A stretch of DNA of 64,000 nt from an uncultured Pseudomonadota bacterium (GCA_963847705.1 CAWKBC010000021.1:192001-256000), one strand, 5' to 3'; shown: positions 8,106-17,849, counted from the stretch's first letter. Numbers and translations: made by a program. The notes: generated by a model from the letters alone, not told the origin.

Positions 8106-8147
8106 TCGCGGGTCTCCCTTGGTTCGAGGGCAGGGCTGCGATCTCTG

Positions 8148-11100
8148 TTGGACGATAGCCTGAGCGGCATCGTGAGCAATCTCGAAATCGGCCGCGAGCG
8201 GACCGTCGTGACGTGCGATGCTCCGCTCGTGGCACGCCCGCTTCCGGAGGGAGTCTACGAGCATCCAATCACCCGGGAACTCGAGGCGGCGTTGCAGGCG
8301 CTCGATGCTGATCGACAACAGCTTGGCGCGATCGGAGACGCGGAGAGTCCCGCCGTCGTCGCTCGACATGTGGCACAGGAACTTGCCCGCGTACTTGACG
8401 GCACCGATATCAAGGACCGTGCGGAGGTCGCCCGTGCGCTAGGTGATCGACTGCTCGCGGAGATTGCGACGTTCGCCACGGCTCACCACCAGGACGAGGT
8501 GCCGGTCCTCGACCAACGACTCGCACCGCCGCCGCGTCGACTGCTCTCGATTCACAAAGGCCGACCGCCGGCTCGTCCAGAGACACCATTTTCGACATCC
8601 ACCCTGCTCACCCGGAATCGTGCTGAGCCGGCCCTTGGACGCGAGCTTGCATGCGAGCTAGGCACGGCCAATCGTGTAGATGCCATCGTCGCCTTCGTTA
8701 CGGTGGGCGGAGTTCGACTGCTCGGCGAGGCTCTTGAAGAATTCAGCGCTCGGGGCGTCGGACTTCGGTTTCGCTTGCTGACGACGGTCTTCAGCGGGAC
8801 CACAGAGATCGAGGCGATGGACCGCCTTGCACGGCTGCCCGGGGTACAAATCAAGATTTCCTACGACGTACGTCGGACACGACTTCACGCCAAGGCATGG
8901 CTCTTTCATCGCGACAGCGGCCTGTCGACGGCGTATGTCGGTTCGGCCAACCTTACGTCGACGGCGCTCGGCGGTGGCCAAGAGTGGATGGTCAAGGTCT
9001 GCGCGGCCGACCTCCCTCAGGTGATCGAGAAATTCGAAGGCACCTTCGACAGCCTCTGGGAGGATCCGGAGTTCGAGGCATACGATCCCGGTCAGGAAGA
9101 AGGTCGCACGCGCCTGCGATCCGCCCTGGGCGCCGAACGTTCGGGCTCGGACGTGCCGACTTCGCTGGTCTCGCTTCGGCCGCTCCCATTTCAGGAGGAG
9201 ATCCTCGATCGGCTAAGGGTCGAACGCGAGCTTCACGGGCGCCGCCGAAACCTTATCGTTGCCGCCACCGGCACTGGCAAGACTGTCATCGCCGCATGTG
9301 ACTACGCGCGCATCGCTGCCGCATTAGGCACGCGTCCCCGACTGCTCTTTCTCGCCCATCGGAAGGAGATCCTTCTGCAAGCGCGCGACACGTTCCGTCA
9401 TGCAATGCAGGACGGTGCCTTTGGTGAACTTCTGGTCGACGGCGACCGCCCTGAGGCTTACCAACACGTCTTCGCTACAATCCAGAGCTTCGCCGCGGCG
9501 GGGCTGATCGAGCGCCTCGGGCCCGCCCACTTTCACCACGTCGTCGTCGACGAGTGTCACCATCTCCCAGCGCCGTCGTATCAAAGCGTCGTTCTGCGCC
9601 TGCAACCCGACATCTTGGTCGGCCTCACTGCCACACCCGAACGCAGCGACGGGAAGTCACTGCTGCCCGACTTCGACGGTCATGTCGCGCACGAGCTTCG
9701 CCTGTGGCAAGCGCTAGACCAGCAACTTCTGGTTCCGTTCGAGTACTTCGGGATCTCAGACACCACGGATCTGCGAAGCGTCCGTTGGACACGCACCGGT
9801 TACGACCAGGCAGCGCTCTCCGACCTCTACACGGGCAACGATGCCCGCGCCGCGCTGGTGCTGGCACAACTGGCCCGCCGCGTCGGCGACCTGCGCATGA
9901 TCCGCGCACTCGGATTCTGCGTCAGTGTCGAGCACGCTAAGTTCATGGCCACGCAGTTTTGCATTGCCGGCACTCCTGCCCTGGCCGTCCACGGTGATTC
10001 GCCTGCCGACGAGCGCGCGCGCGCCGCCGCCCGTTTGCGTGAGCGCGAGGTGAACATCGTCTTTACGTGCGACCTTTACAATGAGGGCGTCGACCTCCCA
10101 TTCGTGGATTCGCTCCTGTTGTTGCGGCCCACTCAGAGCGCGACGCTATTCCTTCAACAGCTCGGCCGCGGTCTGCGCCATCACGAGCGTAAGGAGTCCT
10201 GTCTAGTTCTCGATTTTATTGGCCAACAGCATGAGCGTTTCCGCTTCGATGGTCTTTTCAGCGCCATGACAGGTGTGCCTCGTGCCCGGCTGACTAAAGC
10301 GGTCGCGGACGGCTTCCCCTATCTCCCGAGCGGCTGCACGGTCCAACTTGACCGCGTCGCTCGCGATGAGGTCCTTCGCTCGCTCCGACAGACGGTCGCC
10401 ACCGCCCGTACGATGGTGCCTGAACTCAAAGAGCTCGCCGCCGAGAAATCGGGCGCGTTGTCATTGCGCGAGTACCTCGCCGCGACAGGTCGCGAACTCG
10501 AAGATATCTATGCGGCCGGCGGCTGGACGACATTGAAGCGCCGGGCGCGCTTGGCCGACGGCGATGATGCCGAGACGGAGGATCTCAGTCGTCGACTTGG
10601 ATGGTTACTACACATCGACGAGCCTGCGCGGCTGCAAGCCCAAGGGTTGGCCATCTCCCTACCTGACGGCGGCCAGGTCGACGGGGCACTCTCAGCAATC
10701 GATAAGAGGCGGATCGAGATGCTCGACGCTCAGCTTTGGCCTCGTGGTGAGGTCCGATCCGCCGAGGAGACAGTACATGCCCTGACGGAGCGTCCAGGCA
10801 TTGCGGCGGAGGTGGGTGAATTACAGGAGGTCCTAAACGAGCGGATAGTCGTTGCGAGCGCGATCTATCCGGTACCGGAGTGGCCGCTCTGCCTGCATCA
10901 CCACTACTCGCGGCGGGAGATCGTGGCCGCAGTAGGGTTTGTTGGACAGGGGGAGAAGAAGAAGAGTCTTCAAGGAGGCATCCTCACGCTGAAGGACCGT
11001 CCGTGCGAGTTGCTTTTCGTTACGCTCGACAAGACCGGTGCTGGCTTCTCGCCCACCACCCGCTATCGAGACTACGCGATCAGCCGAGACCTGTTTCACT

Positions 11101-11342
11101 GGGAGACGCAAGGGGCGGCGAGCGTATCGCGCCCGAGTGGGCGTCGGTATATAGAGAGCCCAGGCAACGGTATGACGTTCCAGCTATTCGTCCGGCTGGG
11201 GCCAGACGACGCGTTCGCGTACCTGGGCCCTGCGCTTTATGTGCGACACGAGGGCGACCGACCGATCGCGATCACTTGGAAGTTGGAGGCCCCGATGCCC
11301 GGGGGACTCTTTGAGAAATACGCGACTTTGGCAACGTCGTAG
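8148..11342 (+). CDS. PLD nuclease-SF2 helicase-DUF3427 protein (SauUSI-like type IV restriction enzyme)
   Basis: LHAKAW...GSANL (PLD), ATGTGKT, DECHH, TATPER, EGVDLP, QQLGRGLR; C-terminal YRDYAISRDLFHWETQ. Confidence 0.85.
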   Translation: MDDSLSGIVSNLEIGRERTVVTCDAPLVARPLPEGVYEHPITRELEAALQALDADRQQLGAIGDAESPAVVARHVAQELARVLDGTDIKDRAEVARALGDRLLAEIATFATAHHQDEVPVLDQRLAPPPRRLLSIHKGRPPARPETPFSTSTLLTRNRAEPALGRELACELGTANRVDAIVAFVTVGGVRLLGEALEEFSARGVGLRFRLLTTVFSGTTEIEAMDRLARLPGVQIKISYDVRRTRLHAKAWLFHRDSGLSTAYVGSANLTSTALGGGQEWMVKVCAADLPQVIEKFEGTFDSLWEDPEFEAYDPGQEEGRTRLRSALGAERSGSDVPTSLVSLRPLPFQEEILDRLRVERELHGRRRNLIVAATGTGKTVIAACDYARIAAALGTRPRLLFLAHRKEILLQARDTFRHAMQDGAFGELLVDGDRPEAYQHVFATIQSFAAAGLIERLGPAHFHHVVVDECHHLPAPSYQSVVLRLQPDILVGLTATPERSDGKSLLPDFDGHVAHELRLWQALDQQLLVPFEYFGISDTTDLRSVRWTRTGYDQAALSDLYTGNDARAALVLAQLARRVGDLRMIRALGFCVSVEHAKFMATQFCIAGTPALAVHGDSPADERARAAARLREREVNIVFTCDLYNEGVDLPFVDSLLLLRPTQSATLFLQQLGRGLRHHERKESCLVLDFIGQQHERFRFDGLFSAMTGVPRARLTKAVADGFPYLPSGCTVQLDRVARDEVLRSLRQTVATARTMVPELKELAAEKSGALSLREYLAATGRELEDIYAAGGWTTLKRRARLADGDDAETEDLSRRLGWLLHIDEPARLQAQGLAISLPDGGQVDGALSAIDKRRIEMLDAQLWPRGEVRSAEETVHALTERPGIAAEVGELQEVLNERIVVASAIYPVPEWPLCLHHHYSRREIVAAVGFVGQGEKKKSLQGGILTLKDRPCELLFVTLDKTGAGFSPTTRYRDYAISRDLFHWETQGAASVSRPSGRRYIESPGNGMTFQLFVRLGPDDAFAYLGPALYVRHEGDRPIAITWKLEAPMPGGLFEKYATLATS

Positions 11343-11407
11343 GACCTCGGCACGACCAAGCCCCCTGCTCATCGCGGCCCCCGCGGGATGAGTTATATAG
11401 ACAGCCC

Positions 11408-11782
11408 GTGGCGTTGGACGTGAAACATCTGCATCTCGCCTCGCGCGATCACGCCGTGAGCCGGCGTTTCTACGAGGCCTACTTCGGCTTTCGGTTCGAC
11501 AGTCTGTTTCCACGCGGCGATCAGCCCGAAGCGACCATCCTGCGCTCGGCGGGCGCCTTCCAAATCTACCTCGAGGGCGCGAGCGACGACCGACTGCCCG
11601 GGTGGTTCCACTTCGGGTTCCTCGTCGAGTCGGACGCCGCTTGCCGCGAGTTGCACGATCGCATGCGGCAGGATCAGGTGCCGATCGCGCGACCGCTCAT
11701 CTCCGAACCGTTCACCAAGTACTTCTGTACCGATCCGGACGGCCACCTACTCCAAGTCTATTTCGATCCGCACGCGACATAG
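11408..11782 (+). CDS. VOC/glyoxalase family protein
   Basis: HLHL, SRRFYEAYFGF, HFGF, DPDGH. Confidence 0.8.
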   Translation: MALDVKHLHLASRDHAVSRRFYEAYFGFRFDSLFPRGDQPEATILRSAGAFQIYLEGASDDRLPGWFHFGFLVESDAACRELHDRMRQDQVPIARPLISEPFTKYFCTDPDGHLLQVYFDPHAT

Positions 11783-11801
11783 TGGCTCGGGTCGCCAGGC
11801 A

Positions 11802-12140
11802 TCACTGGATGTCCCACGCCTCCTGGAGCCACCCCACGAGGCTCTCCTCTTCGACCGAAATCGAATCCGCCCCCGCCAACCCCAGCACCGACTCATAAAT
11901 CAACTCCCGCGCCTCCGCCCGCTCGATGCTCCCCAAGAACTTCTTCAGCGCGGCCTCATCCGGAAACGACTCCGCCGCCTTGGCGAACAGCCTCCGGTAC
12001 GTCGCCTCCCCGATCTCCGCCGCCATGATCGCGATCGCCTCCCCCTCCAGCTCCGACACCTTCCCGTCCGCCCGCGCCACGGCCCGGCTCAACGCCACCA
12101 GCGCCAGGCTCTCCTCAGGCAAAAGGTCGCTCAAATGCAT
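11802..12140 (-). CDS. TerB-like protein
   Basis: VARADGKVSELE and LAGADSISVEE half-repeats. Confidence 0.65.
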   Translation of the reverse strand: MHLSDLLPEESLALVALSRAVARADGKVSELEGEAIAIMAAEIGEATYRRLFAKAAESFPDEAALKKFLGSIERAEARELIYESVLGLAGADSISVEEESLVGWLQEAWDIQ

Positions 12141-12151
12141 CGCTCGCTCCC

Positions 12152-13699
12152 TCACACCCGGACGACGTTCCGCCCGGCCTGCTTCGCCGCGTACAGCGCC
12201 GCATCCGCGCGCTCCACCAGCTTATCGAAATCAAGCCCAGGCGCGTGCGCCCCGAGCCCGATCGAGACAGTGACCTCCAGCGCCAGCCCCTTGCCGCCGT
12301 CGCCGTCGCCGATCCGAATCGGCCACCCGCCCACCGCAACCCGCAGCCGCTCGGCCACCGCCCCCGCCTCCTCAACATTCGTCTCGGGAAACACGACCAG
12401 GAACTCCTCACCGCCGTAACGCCCGAACAAATCGTTCGTCCGCAGCGTCTGCCGGCAGCGCGCCGAGATCTCCCGCAGCACCTCGTCGCCGGTCTGATGG
12501 CCGTAGGTGTCGTTGATCCGCTTGAAGTGGTCGGCGTCGATCATCGCGACCGCCAGCGGGCGGGCGTGGCGCGCGGCGCGGTCGACCTCCTTGCGGAGCA
12601 GGTCCTCGATGTGGCGGCGGTTGAAGACGCCCGTCAGCGCGTCGTGGGTCGCCTGTTCCAGCAGGTCCTCGCGGGCCTGCCGCTGCGCCGTGATGTCGAC
12701 GATCGCCGCCAGCAGCGCGTCGTCGCCGGCGTACCGCAGGCGCTGGCCGGAGAGCGACGCCCAGAACGTTCGCCCGCCGCGCGTGCGCATCTGGGCTTCG
12801 AAGTCGTCGACGCGGCCGTGGCGAAAGATCTGGGCCAGGTATCGGTCGCGCTCGGCCACGTCCACCCAGTGCTGGGGGGTGTGGCGGCCCGAAACCTCTT
12901 CCAGCGGGACATCGAAAGTGGTGCCCGCCCGCCGGTTGGCGAGCAGGACCGTGCTGTCGGCGATGCGGGTCAGCACCATCGCCACCGGCGAGAAGTCCAC
13001 CAGCGCGCGCAGGTTGGCCTCGCTCTCCTGCAGGTCGCGCGTGCGCTCGCTGATCTTCGTCTCCAGCGCGTCCCGCTCGACGCGCAGGGCGTCCTCGATC
13101 TCGTGCCAGGCGGCGGTCTCCAGCACCAGGGCGACGAAGTCCGCGAAGGAGCTGGCGAGCAGCTCCTCGTGCAGCTTCCAGCGGCGGGGTTTCCCCGTGT
13201 GCTCGTGGCAGACGACGCCCGCCATCTTGCCCCGCAGAAAGACCGGGGCGTCGAGCATCGAGGTGATGCCCAGCGGCTCCAGGTACGACGCGGAGAACTC
13301 GCGGGTGCGCTCGTCGGTCAGGGCGTCGTGGGCGCGGATCGACCGTTCCTCTTGCAGCGCCTCGAAATAGCGCGGCACGTCGGCCGCCCGGATGCGCGTG
13401 CCGGCCGTGTGCCGGCCCTGCGCCCGCTCATAGAGATCGATGCACTCGATCGCCCCGCCGCCGTCGACCAGGCGCCAGATGCTGGTGCGATCGACCTCCA
13501 GCACGTCGGCCGCGGTCTCGGTGATCTGCTTGAACGCGCGGCTGACGTCCCCCTCTCCCAGGGCCTGCGAACGCATCAGATCCGCCAGCGCCTTGCGGTG
13601 CGCCGACAGCTCGCCTTCGAGGTCGCGCGCCGGCTTCAGATCGAGGCTGCCGGACTCCGCCACGGCGAGCGGGCGGCCCTTGACGTTCCCGGTTCCCAC
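12152..13699 (-). CDS. GAF-PAS-GGDEF diguanylate cyclase
   Basis: GAF (SMLDAPV, VVCHEH), PAS, DALTG, DHFKRINDTYGH, RxxD I-site, GGEEF. Confidence 0.92.
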   Translation of the reverse strand: MGTGNVKGRPLAVAESGSLDLKPARDLEGELSAHRKALADLMRSQALGEGDVSRAFKQITETAADVLEVDRTSIWRLVDGGGAIECIDLYERAQGRHTAGTRIRAADVPRYFEALQEERSIRAHDALTDERTREFSASYLEPLGITSMLDAPVFLRGKMAGVVCHEHTGKPRRWKLHEELLASSFADFVALVLETAAWHEIEDALRVERDALETKISERTRDLQESEANLRALVDFSPVAMVLTRIADSTVLLANRRAGTTFDVPLEEVSGRHTPQHWVDVAERDRYLAQIFRHGRVDDFEAQMRTRGGRTFWASLSGQRLRYAGDDALLAAIVDITAQRQAREDLLEQATHDALTGVFNRRHIEDLLRKEVDRAARHARPLAVAMIDADHFKRINDTYGHQTGDEVLREISARCRQTLRTNDLFGRYGGEEFLVVFPETNVEEAGAVAERLRVAVGGWPIRIGDGDGGKGLALEVTVSIGLGAHAPGLDFDKLVERADAALYAAKQAGRNVVRV

Positions 13700-13835
13700 G
13701 AGCTCCCGACGAGGGTATCACGGGCGGTCGGCGCCGGAATTCCGCCGGTTCGGCGGCGGTCGGCTTGTCGGCGGCCTGGCCGGCGCCCGGCGCGCTCCGG
13801 CGCGGCGACTCCGTGACCAGCGGTCCGCGCGGCGT

Positions 13836-14834
13836 TCAGGCGTAGCGCTTGGCGGCCCGCCGCAGCTCCCCCGCCACCGCCTCCCGCAGCTCCGCCGGCT
13901 CCACCACCCGCGCGTCCCCTCCGAACCCCAGCACCCACCCCACCACCTCCGTCGTCCCCCGCACCTCCATCGTCATCTCCAGCCCCGCCGCCGTCCGCTT
14001 GAACCGTTGCGTGGGGTGCCACAGGACCCGCTCCACGTAGCGCGCCACCTTCGGGTCGAACAGGATCCGCACGCGCGTCACCTCCGACCCGCGGATCAAC
14101 CCGAAGGCCCCCTCGGTCAGCTGCTCGGGGCGGTAGTCGGCCGGGTAGTCGAACGCGTCGCCCCGCAGCCACTCGACCTCCCGGAACGCATCCAGCGCAA
14201 ACGTCCGGAGCGCGCCCGCGTGCCCCTCGCTCCGCCCCACCAGATACAACCCCTTCTTGTAGACCATCAGGGTGTACGGCTCGAGGACGAAGGTCTTCCT
14301 GCCGCCCGAGACGCTCTCGTGGGTGACCCGCAGGCGCTCCTCGCGCAAGAGCGCGGTGACGATGTCGTTCACGTCCTCGATCCGCCCCTCGTAGAGGTGG
14401 CGGGCCTCGTTCACGTCGAAGACCTTGCGATCGAGGTTGCGGGCGGCGGCGAAGTCCTTGCGGCGGAGCTGCGCCTCCAGCTTGCCGAAGAGATCGTCCA
14501 GGTCCTCCTTGAACCCGGTGCCGGCCAGGAAGTCGAACACGCGGCGGGAGAGAAACAGCGCCACCATCTGGGCGGTCGTCAGGGTCACCGTCTGCTGGCG
14601 GGCGCTGGCCATCAGGCGCCAGACCTTGCGCCGCCCCTCGACCTCCTCGTAGAGCGGCTCGCCCGCCATCTGCAGCGCGCGGATGTAGCGGATCGCCGTG
14701 CGGACGCTGACGGCGAACCGCTCGGCGATGTCGTAGACGCTGGCCCCCTCGCCGCTGTTGAGCAGGCCGCGCACCTCGGCGAGGCGGCGGGCGGGGGCGT
14801 AGCGCTCGGCGCGGGGCGGTCGGCGGGCGGGCAT
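13836..14834 (-). CDS. HTH-WYL-WCX transcriptional regulator
   Basis: wHTH IAERFAVSVRTAIRYI; LEPYTL..GLYLVG; WHPTQ; WVLGFGGDARVVEPAELR. Confidence 0.9.
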   Translation of the reverse strand: MPARRPPRAERYAPARRLAEVRGLLNSGEGASVYDIAERFAVSVRTAIRYIRALQMAGEPLYEEVEGRRKVWRLMASARQQTVTLTTAQMVALFLSRRVFDFLAGTGFKEDLDDLFGKLEAQLRRKDFAAARNLDRKVFDVNEARHLYEGRIEDVNDIVTALLREERLRVTHESVSGGRKTFVLEPYTLMVYKKGLYLVGRSEGHAGALRTFALDAFREVEWLRGDAFDYPADYRPEQLTEGAFGLIRGSEVTRVRILFDPKVARYVERVLWHPTQRFKRTAAGLEMTMEVRGTTEVVGWVLGFGGDARVVEPAELREAVAGELRRAAKRYA

Positions 14835-14840
14835 CTGGGC

Positions 14841-14855
14841 TGACCCAGTCTGTCA
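14841..14855. promoter_or_regulatory. Candidate WYL operator TGAC-N7-GTCA
   Basis: TGACCCAGTCTGTCA 6 nt upstream of the WYL ATG; similar box upstream of recA. Confidence 0.6.
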
Positions 14856-14928
14856 TGGGACCGGAAGAAACGGCGGCGCGGGCCGACGCCCTCCTGGTCA
14901 GCTCGGGCCGCCCGGCCGCTGCGTGCCG

Positions 14929-17286
14929 CTACGGATTGTACTCGAAGGCCCCCATGTCCCAGGAGGAGCCCTGCGGCCGCGCGACGCGATAGAAGTCTTC
15001 GTAGTCGTGGGTGTTGGTCCCGGTGTTGATCGCGGGCGAGGTGCTCTGAAGGACGTAGTTCGACGGCTGCGTCGGCGAGATGCTGCTGTCGGCCGGGCGG
15101 CTGACGAATTGCGGATCGGTGGTGATGCCGTGCGCCCCCACGTTGGGCGCGCTCGGCTTCGCGTTTGGTGAGTACATGTCGTTGTAGTCGATGGTCTCGG
15201 TGCCGGCGCCGTCGGCGGAGACCATCTGGCTCCCCGCGCTGGTGTTGCCCTGCCAGAAGATGTTGTTGAGGAACGTCGCTGCCCCGGTGGTGATCTCATG
15301 CACCGCGAACTGGACGGCGAAATTGTTGGGCCTGGGAGAAGGCGGATTCACGTAGGCGGTGTTGTTTTCGACGAACACCTGGTCGATGTAGTTCGCCGGC
15401 ATCAAGGGATAGTTGGCTCCGTAGCCGACGTAGAAGGCGACGTCGCCGTTGACGACCAGGTTGTTTCTCGCCTCCACCTTGCTCGCGTTGAGCGTCAGCC
15501 CGGTGCCGTCCTGGGCGGGCCAGTCCACCACGTTTCCTTCGAACAGCGCGTAGTCCGGACCGCCGGTGGAGGTCGCGTTCGTCGGACCGATCCCGCAGGG
15601 GTGGTCGACGGTGTTGCCGGCCACCACGGTGTTCTTCATGTCGCCGTGGATGGTGAACGCGGTGTAGATGTTTCCGGTGGGGCCGACCGTGATGGTGTTG
15701 TCTGTCAGGACGTTGTTCACCTTGCACTGTCCGGAGCCGTCCTCGCAGGCGTTCAGCCGAACGCCGTGGAGGGACTGCGCCACACTTCCACCCGAGAAAT
15801 TGATGATCCTGTTGCCGACGATGGCGAGGTTGCTGGCGCTGGCGTAGATGCCGTACGCCGTGAAGTCGTGCATGTAGTTGTCGAAGATGAACGAGTTGAC
15901 GGAGCCGTCCGGATAGATGTTCTCCTGTTTGGTCCCCGGCGCGCCCAGACCCTCCATCTCGACATACTCGACCAGGCTGTTGGTGCTGGGGAGCCAGAAC
16001 CACACGTTCATCCCGTTGGTGGAAACCAGATGGAGATGCTGAAAGCGCAGGTCGTTCGCGCTCACGTTGAACTGTGTGTTGGCGTTGACCGCCGTGGTGA
16101 TGACCGGGTCGGCGGTCGAGGCATGGTTGGGGTCGGTGTAGGCACTCATCAGGAAGGGACCGGCGGTCGCGTAATTGACGCTGCCGATGGCGTCCCCGGC
16201 GAAGGTGTCGCCGCGACGGAACAAGATCGTGTTGTTCGTCGCGTAGCCCACGCTGACGGCGTGGGCCGGCGTCAAGAACGGCGAGGACATGCTGGTGCCG
16301 TTGTTGGAGTCGCTGCCGCTGGAGGCCACATAGTAGGTGGTCCCGCGCATCGCGGTCACGGTGATCGTCGTGGTGGTGCTCCCGGCGCTCCCCCCCAGAT
16401 CGTGGACGCGCGTGACGACGTTGTAGGTGCCGGGGCTGTCGAAAACGTGACTGGCGATGAAGCCGATCGCGCCGTCGTGCGCACTCGACGGGTCGTTGAA
16501 GTCCCAGGTCCAGTTGGCGCGCCAGTAGTTCGAGCCCGAGAGCCCGCTCGTGCTGGTCGCGTCGAAGAAGACGCCACAGGGGGCTGCGCAGCTCGTTCGA
16601 TTGGCGACGACGGTGGGCTTGATCGTGCCACCCGTGCAGGCGCTGACGTTGAACTGGCAGCTCGACGAGCAGGAGAGCGAGCCTCCGGAGTAACCCAGCG
16701 AGGCGCAGGTGGCGCTCTGCAGGTCGCTTCCATCGCAGCTCTCGCCGGGATCCACCTGGCCGTTTCCGCAGGTTCCCGTGCTGCCCGTGCTGCCGCCGGT
16801 GGAGGCACTCACGGTCCCGGAGGTGCCTCCCGACTGGCTTCCGGTGGTGCCACCGGTGGAAGCACTGGTGGTGCCACCGGTGGCCGCGCTGGCGGTCCCG
16901 GAGGTGCCTCCCGACCGACTTGAGGTGGTGCCACCGGTGGCCGCGCTGGCGGTCCCGGAGGTGCCTCCCGACCGACTTGCGGTGGTGCCACCGGTGGCCG
17001 CGCTGGCGGTCCCGGAGGTGCCTCCCGACTGGCTTGCGGTGGTGCCACCGGTGGCCGCGCTCGGGGTCCCCGAGGTGCCTCCCGACTGGCTTCCGGTGGC
17101 GCTCCCCGTGCCCGCGCTCGCGGTCCCCGAGGCGCTTCCCGACGACTGGCCTCCGCTGGGGCCGCTCGCCACGTTGCTGGAGGCGTTCACGTCACTGCCG
17201 CCTGCACTCTCAAAGGTGCCTTGGCAACCAATCGAGGTTCCCAGTGATGCGCAGAAGATGCCAACCAGCCAATGTCTTCTCAGCAT
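14929..17286 (-). CDS. Large secreted lipoprotein: S/G/T repeats, myxobacterial Cys repeat, PKD domain, right-handed beta-helix, choice-of-anchor-Q-like C-terminus
   Basis: SIGC lipobox; CGNGQVDPGESCDG; WDFND..HVFDSPGTY; YYVASSGSDSNNG..FRRGDTF; WDMGAFEY. Confidence 0.8.
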   Translation of the reverse strand: MLRRHWLVGIFCASLGTSIGCQGTFESAGGSDVNASSNVASGPSGGQSSGSASGTASAGTGSATGSQSGGTSGTPSAATGGTTASQSGGTSGTASAATGGTTASRSGGTSGTASAATGGTTSSRSGGTSGTASAATGGTTSASTGGTTGSQSGGTSGTVSASTGGSTGSTGTCGNGQVDPGESCDGSDLQSATCASLGYSGGSLSCSSSCQFNVSACTGGTIKPTVVANRTSCAAPCGVFFDATSTSGLSGSNYWRANWTWDFNDPSSAHDGAIGFIASHVFDSPGTYNVVTRVHDLGGSAGSTTTTITVTAMRGTTYYVASSGSDSNNGTSMSSPFLTPAHAVSVGYATNNTILFRRGDTFAGDAIGSVNYATAGPFLMSAYTDPNHASTADPVITTAVNANTQFNVSANDLRFQHLHLVSTNGMNVWFWLPSTNSLVEYVEMEGLGAPGTKQENIYPDGSVNSFIFDNYMHDFTAYGIYASASNLAIVGNRIINFSGGSVAQSLHGVRLNACEDGSGQCKVNNVLTDNTITVGPTGNIYTAFTIHGDMKNTVVAGNTVDHPCGIGPTNATSTGGPDYALFEGNVVDWPAQDGTGLTLNASKVEARNNLVVNGDVAFYVGYGANYPLMPANYIDQVFVENNTAYVNPPSPRPNNFAVQFAVHEITTGAATFLNNIFWQGNTSAGSQMVSADGAGTETIDYNDMYSPNAKPSAPNVGAHGITTDPQFVSRPADSSISPTQPSNYVLQSTSPAINTGTNTHDYEDFYRVARPQGSSWDMGAFEYNP
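16810..17098. repeat. Coding tandem repeat, 60-bp unit, about 4-5 copies (SGGTSGTASAATGGTTASR/Q)
   Basis: GGTGGTGCCACCGGTGGCCGCGCTGGCGGTCCCGGAGGTGCCTCCCGAC recurs at 60-nt spacing. Confidence 0.9.
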
Positions 17287-17343
17287 TCGAGGTGACTCCT
17301 TGCAATCGAGCGGGCCGGCGGGCCGACGATCGCGGCCAGTGTG

Positions 17344-17478
17344 GCAGCGATCACAAGAGCGCCGGGGGATAGGTGCGACGGACCGGATGTTCCGGTGAGT
17401 CGGACGAGACGGGGTCGATAAGCGTCTCTAAGGTCTCCTGCAGGGCCTGTTATTGATGCTTGCTCGCGTGATCGCTAC
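17344..17478 (-). ncRNA. Candidate structured leader RNA element B
   Basis: Closing stem AGCGATCAC..GAGC / GCTC..GTGATCGCT enclosing hairpins GAGACG/CGTCTC and ACCGGA/TCCGGT. Confidence 0.35.
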
Positions 17479-17500
17479 AAAGGGGGGCGGTGGGAAGGGG

Positions 17501-17614
17501 GCCGGCGAAGGCAACGGCAGCCCGGAGCTCGACCGCTGAAGACCAGCGGACACCCGGTGGTTCCTCTTGGGCAACCATCGGAATTTCTCCGGCACCGTCG
17601 ACACTTTCGCCGGC
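17501..17614 (-). ncRNA. Candidate structured leader RNA element A (three-way junction)
   Basis: GCCGGCGAA/TTCGCCGGC, GACGGTG/TGCCGTT (G-U), CCGGAG/CTCCGG, inner hairpins TGGTT/AACCA and CCGCTG/CAGCGG. Confidence 0.4.
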
Positions 17615-17789
17615 GTCGTTGTTGGGGGATCTTTGTTAGCAGCTTCGTGCGTGTGGGTTCAAGAAATAATGTCCGGGGGCGGTCGTTTTTGTGTTGCAAG
17701 TCGGCACGTTGACTCACGTCGTCCGACATCCATCCGGACATCGTCGATCCGGCGGACTGGGCGGAGCCGCGCCGAGAGCTCGCCTCCGG

Positions 17790-17823
17790 TCTGACCCGTT
17801 TTGTCAGAGGTGAGAGTTACGGT
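17790..17823 (+). promoter_or_regulatory. recA promoter: palindrome TCTGAC-N7-GTCAGA merged with TGTCAG-N10-TACGGT (PafBC/RecA-NDp-like)
   Basis: Perfect 6-bp inverted repeat 17790-17808; TGTCAG 17802-17807, 10-nt spacer, TAnnnT 17818-17823; SD AAGGAG before ATG 17850. Confidence 0.65.
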
Positions 17824-17849
17824 GGGCTCATCGAAAAGGAGCGCCACCC

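Noticed and set aside
16810-17098. CRISPR array
   Set aside because: These are contiguous in-frame coding repeats with no unique spacers, and no cas genes are present.
17501-17614. c-di-GMP-I (GEMM) riboswitch
   Set aside because: The 3' CCGGGCTGCCG is reminiscent, but the GGCAAAC..GAAA..GACGCAAAG core is not recognisable; kept as an unassigned structure.
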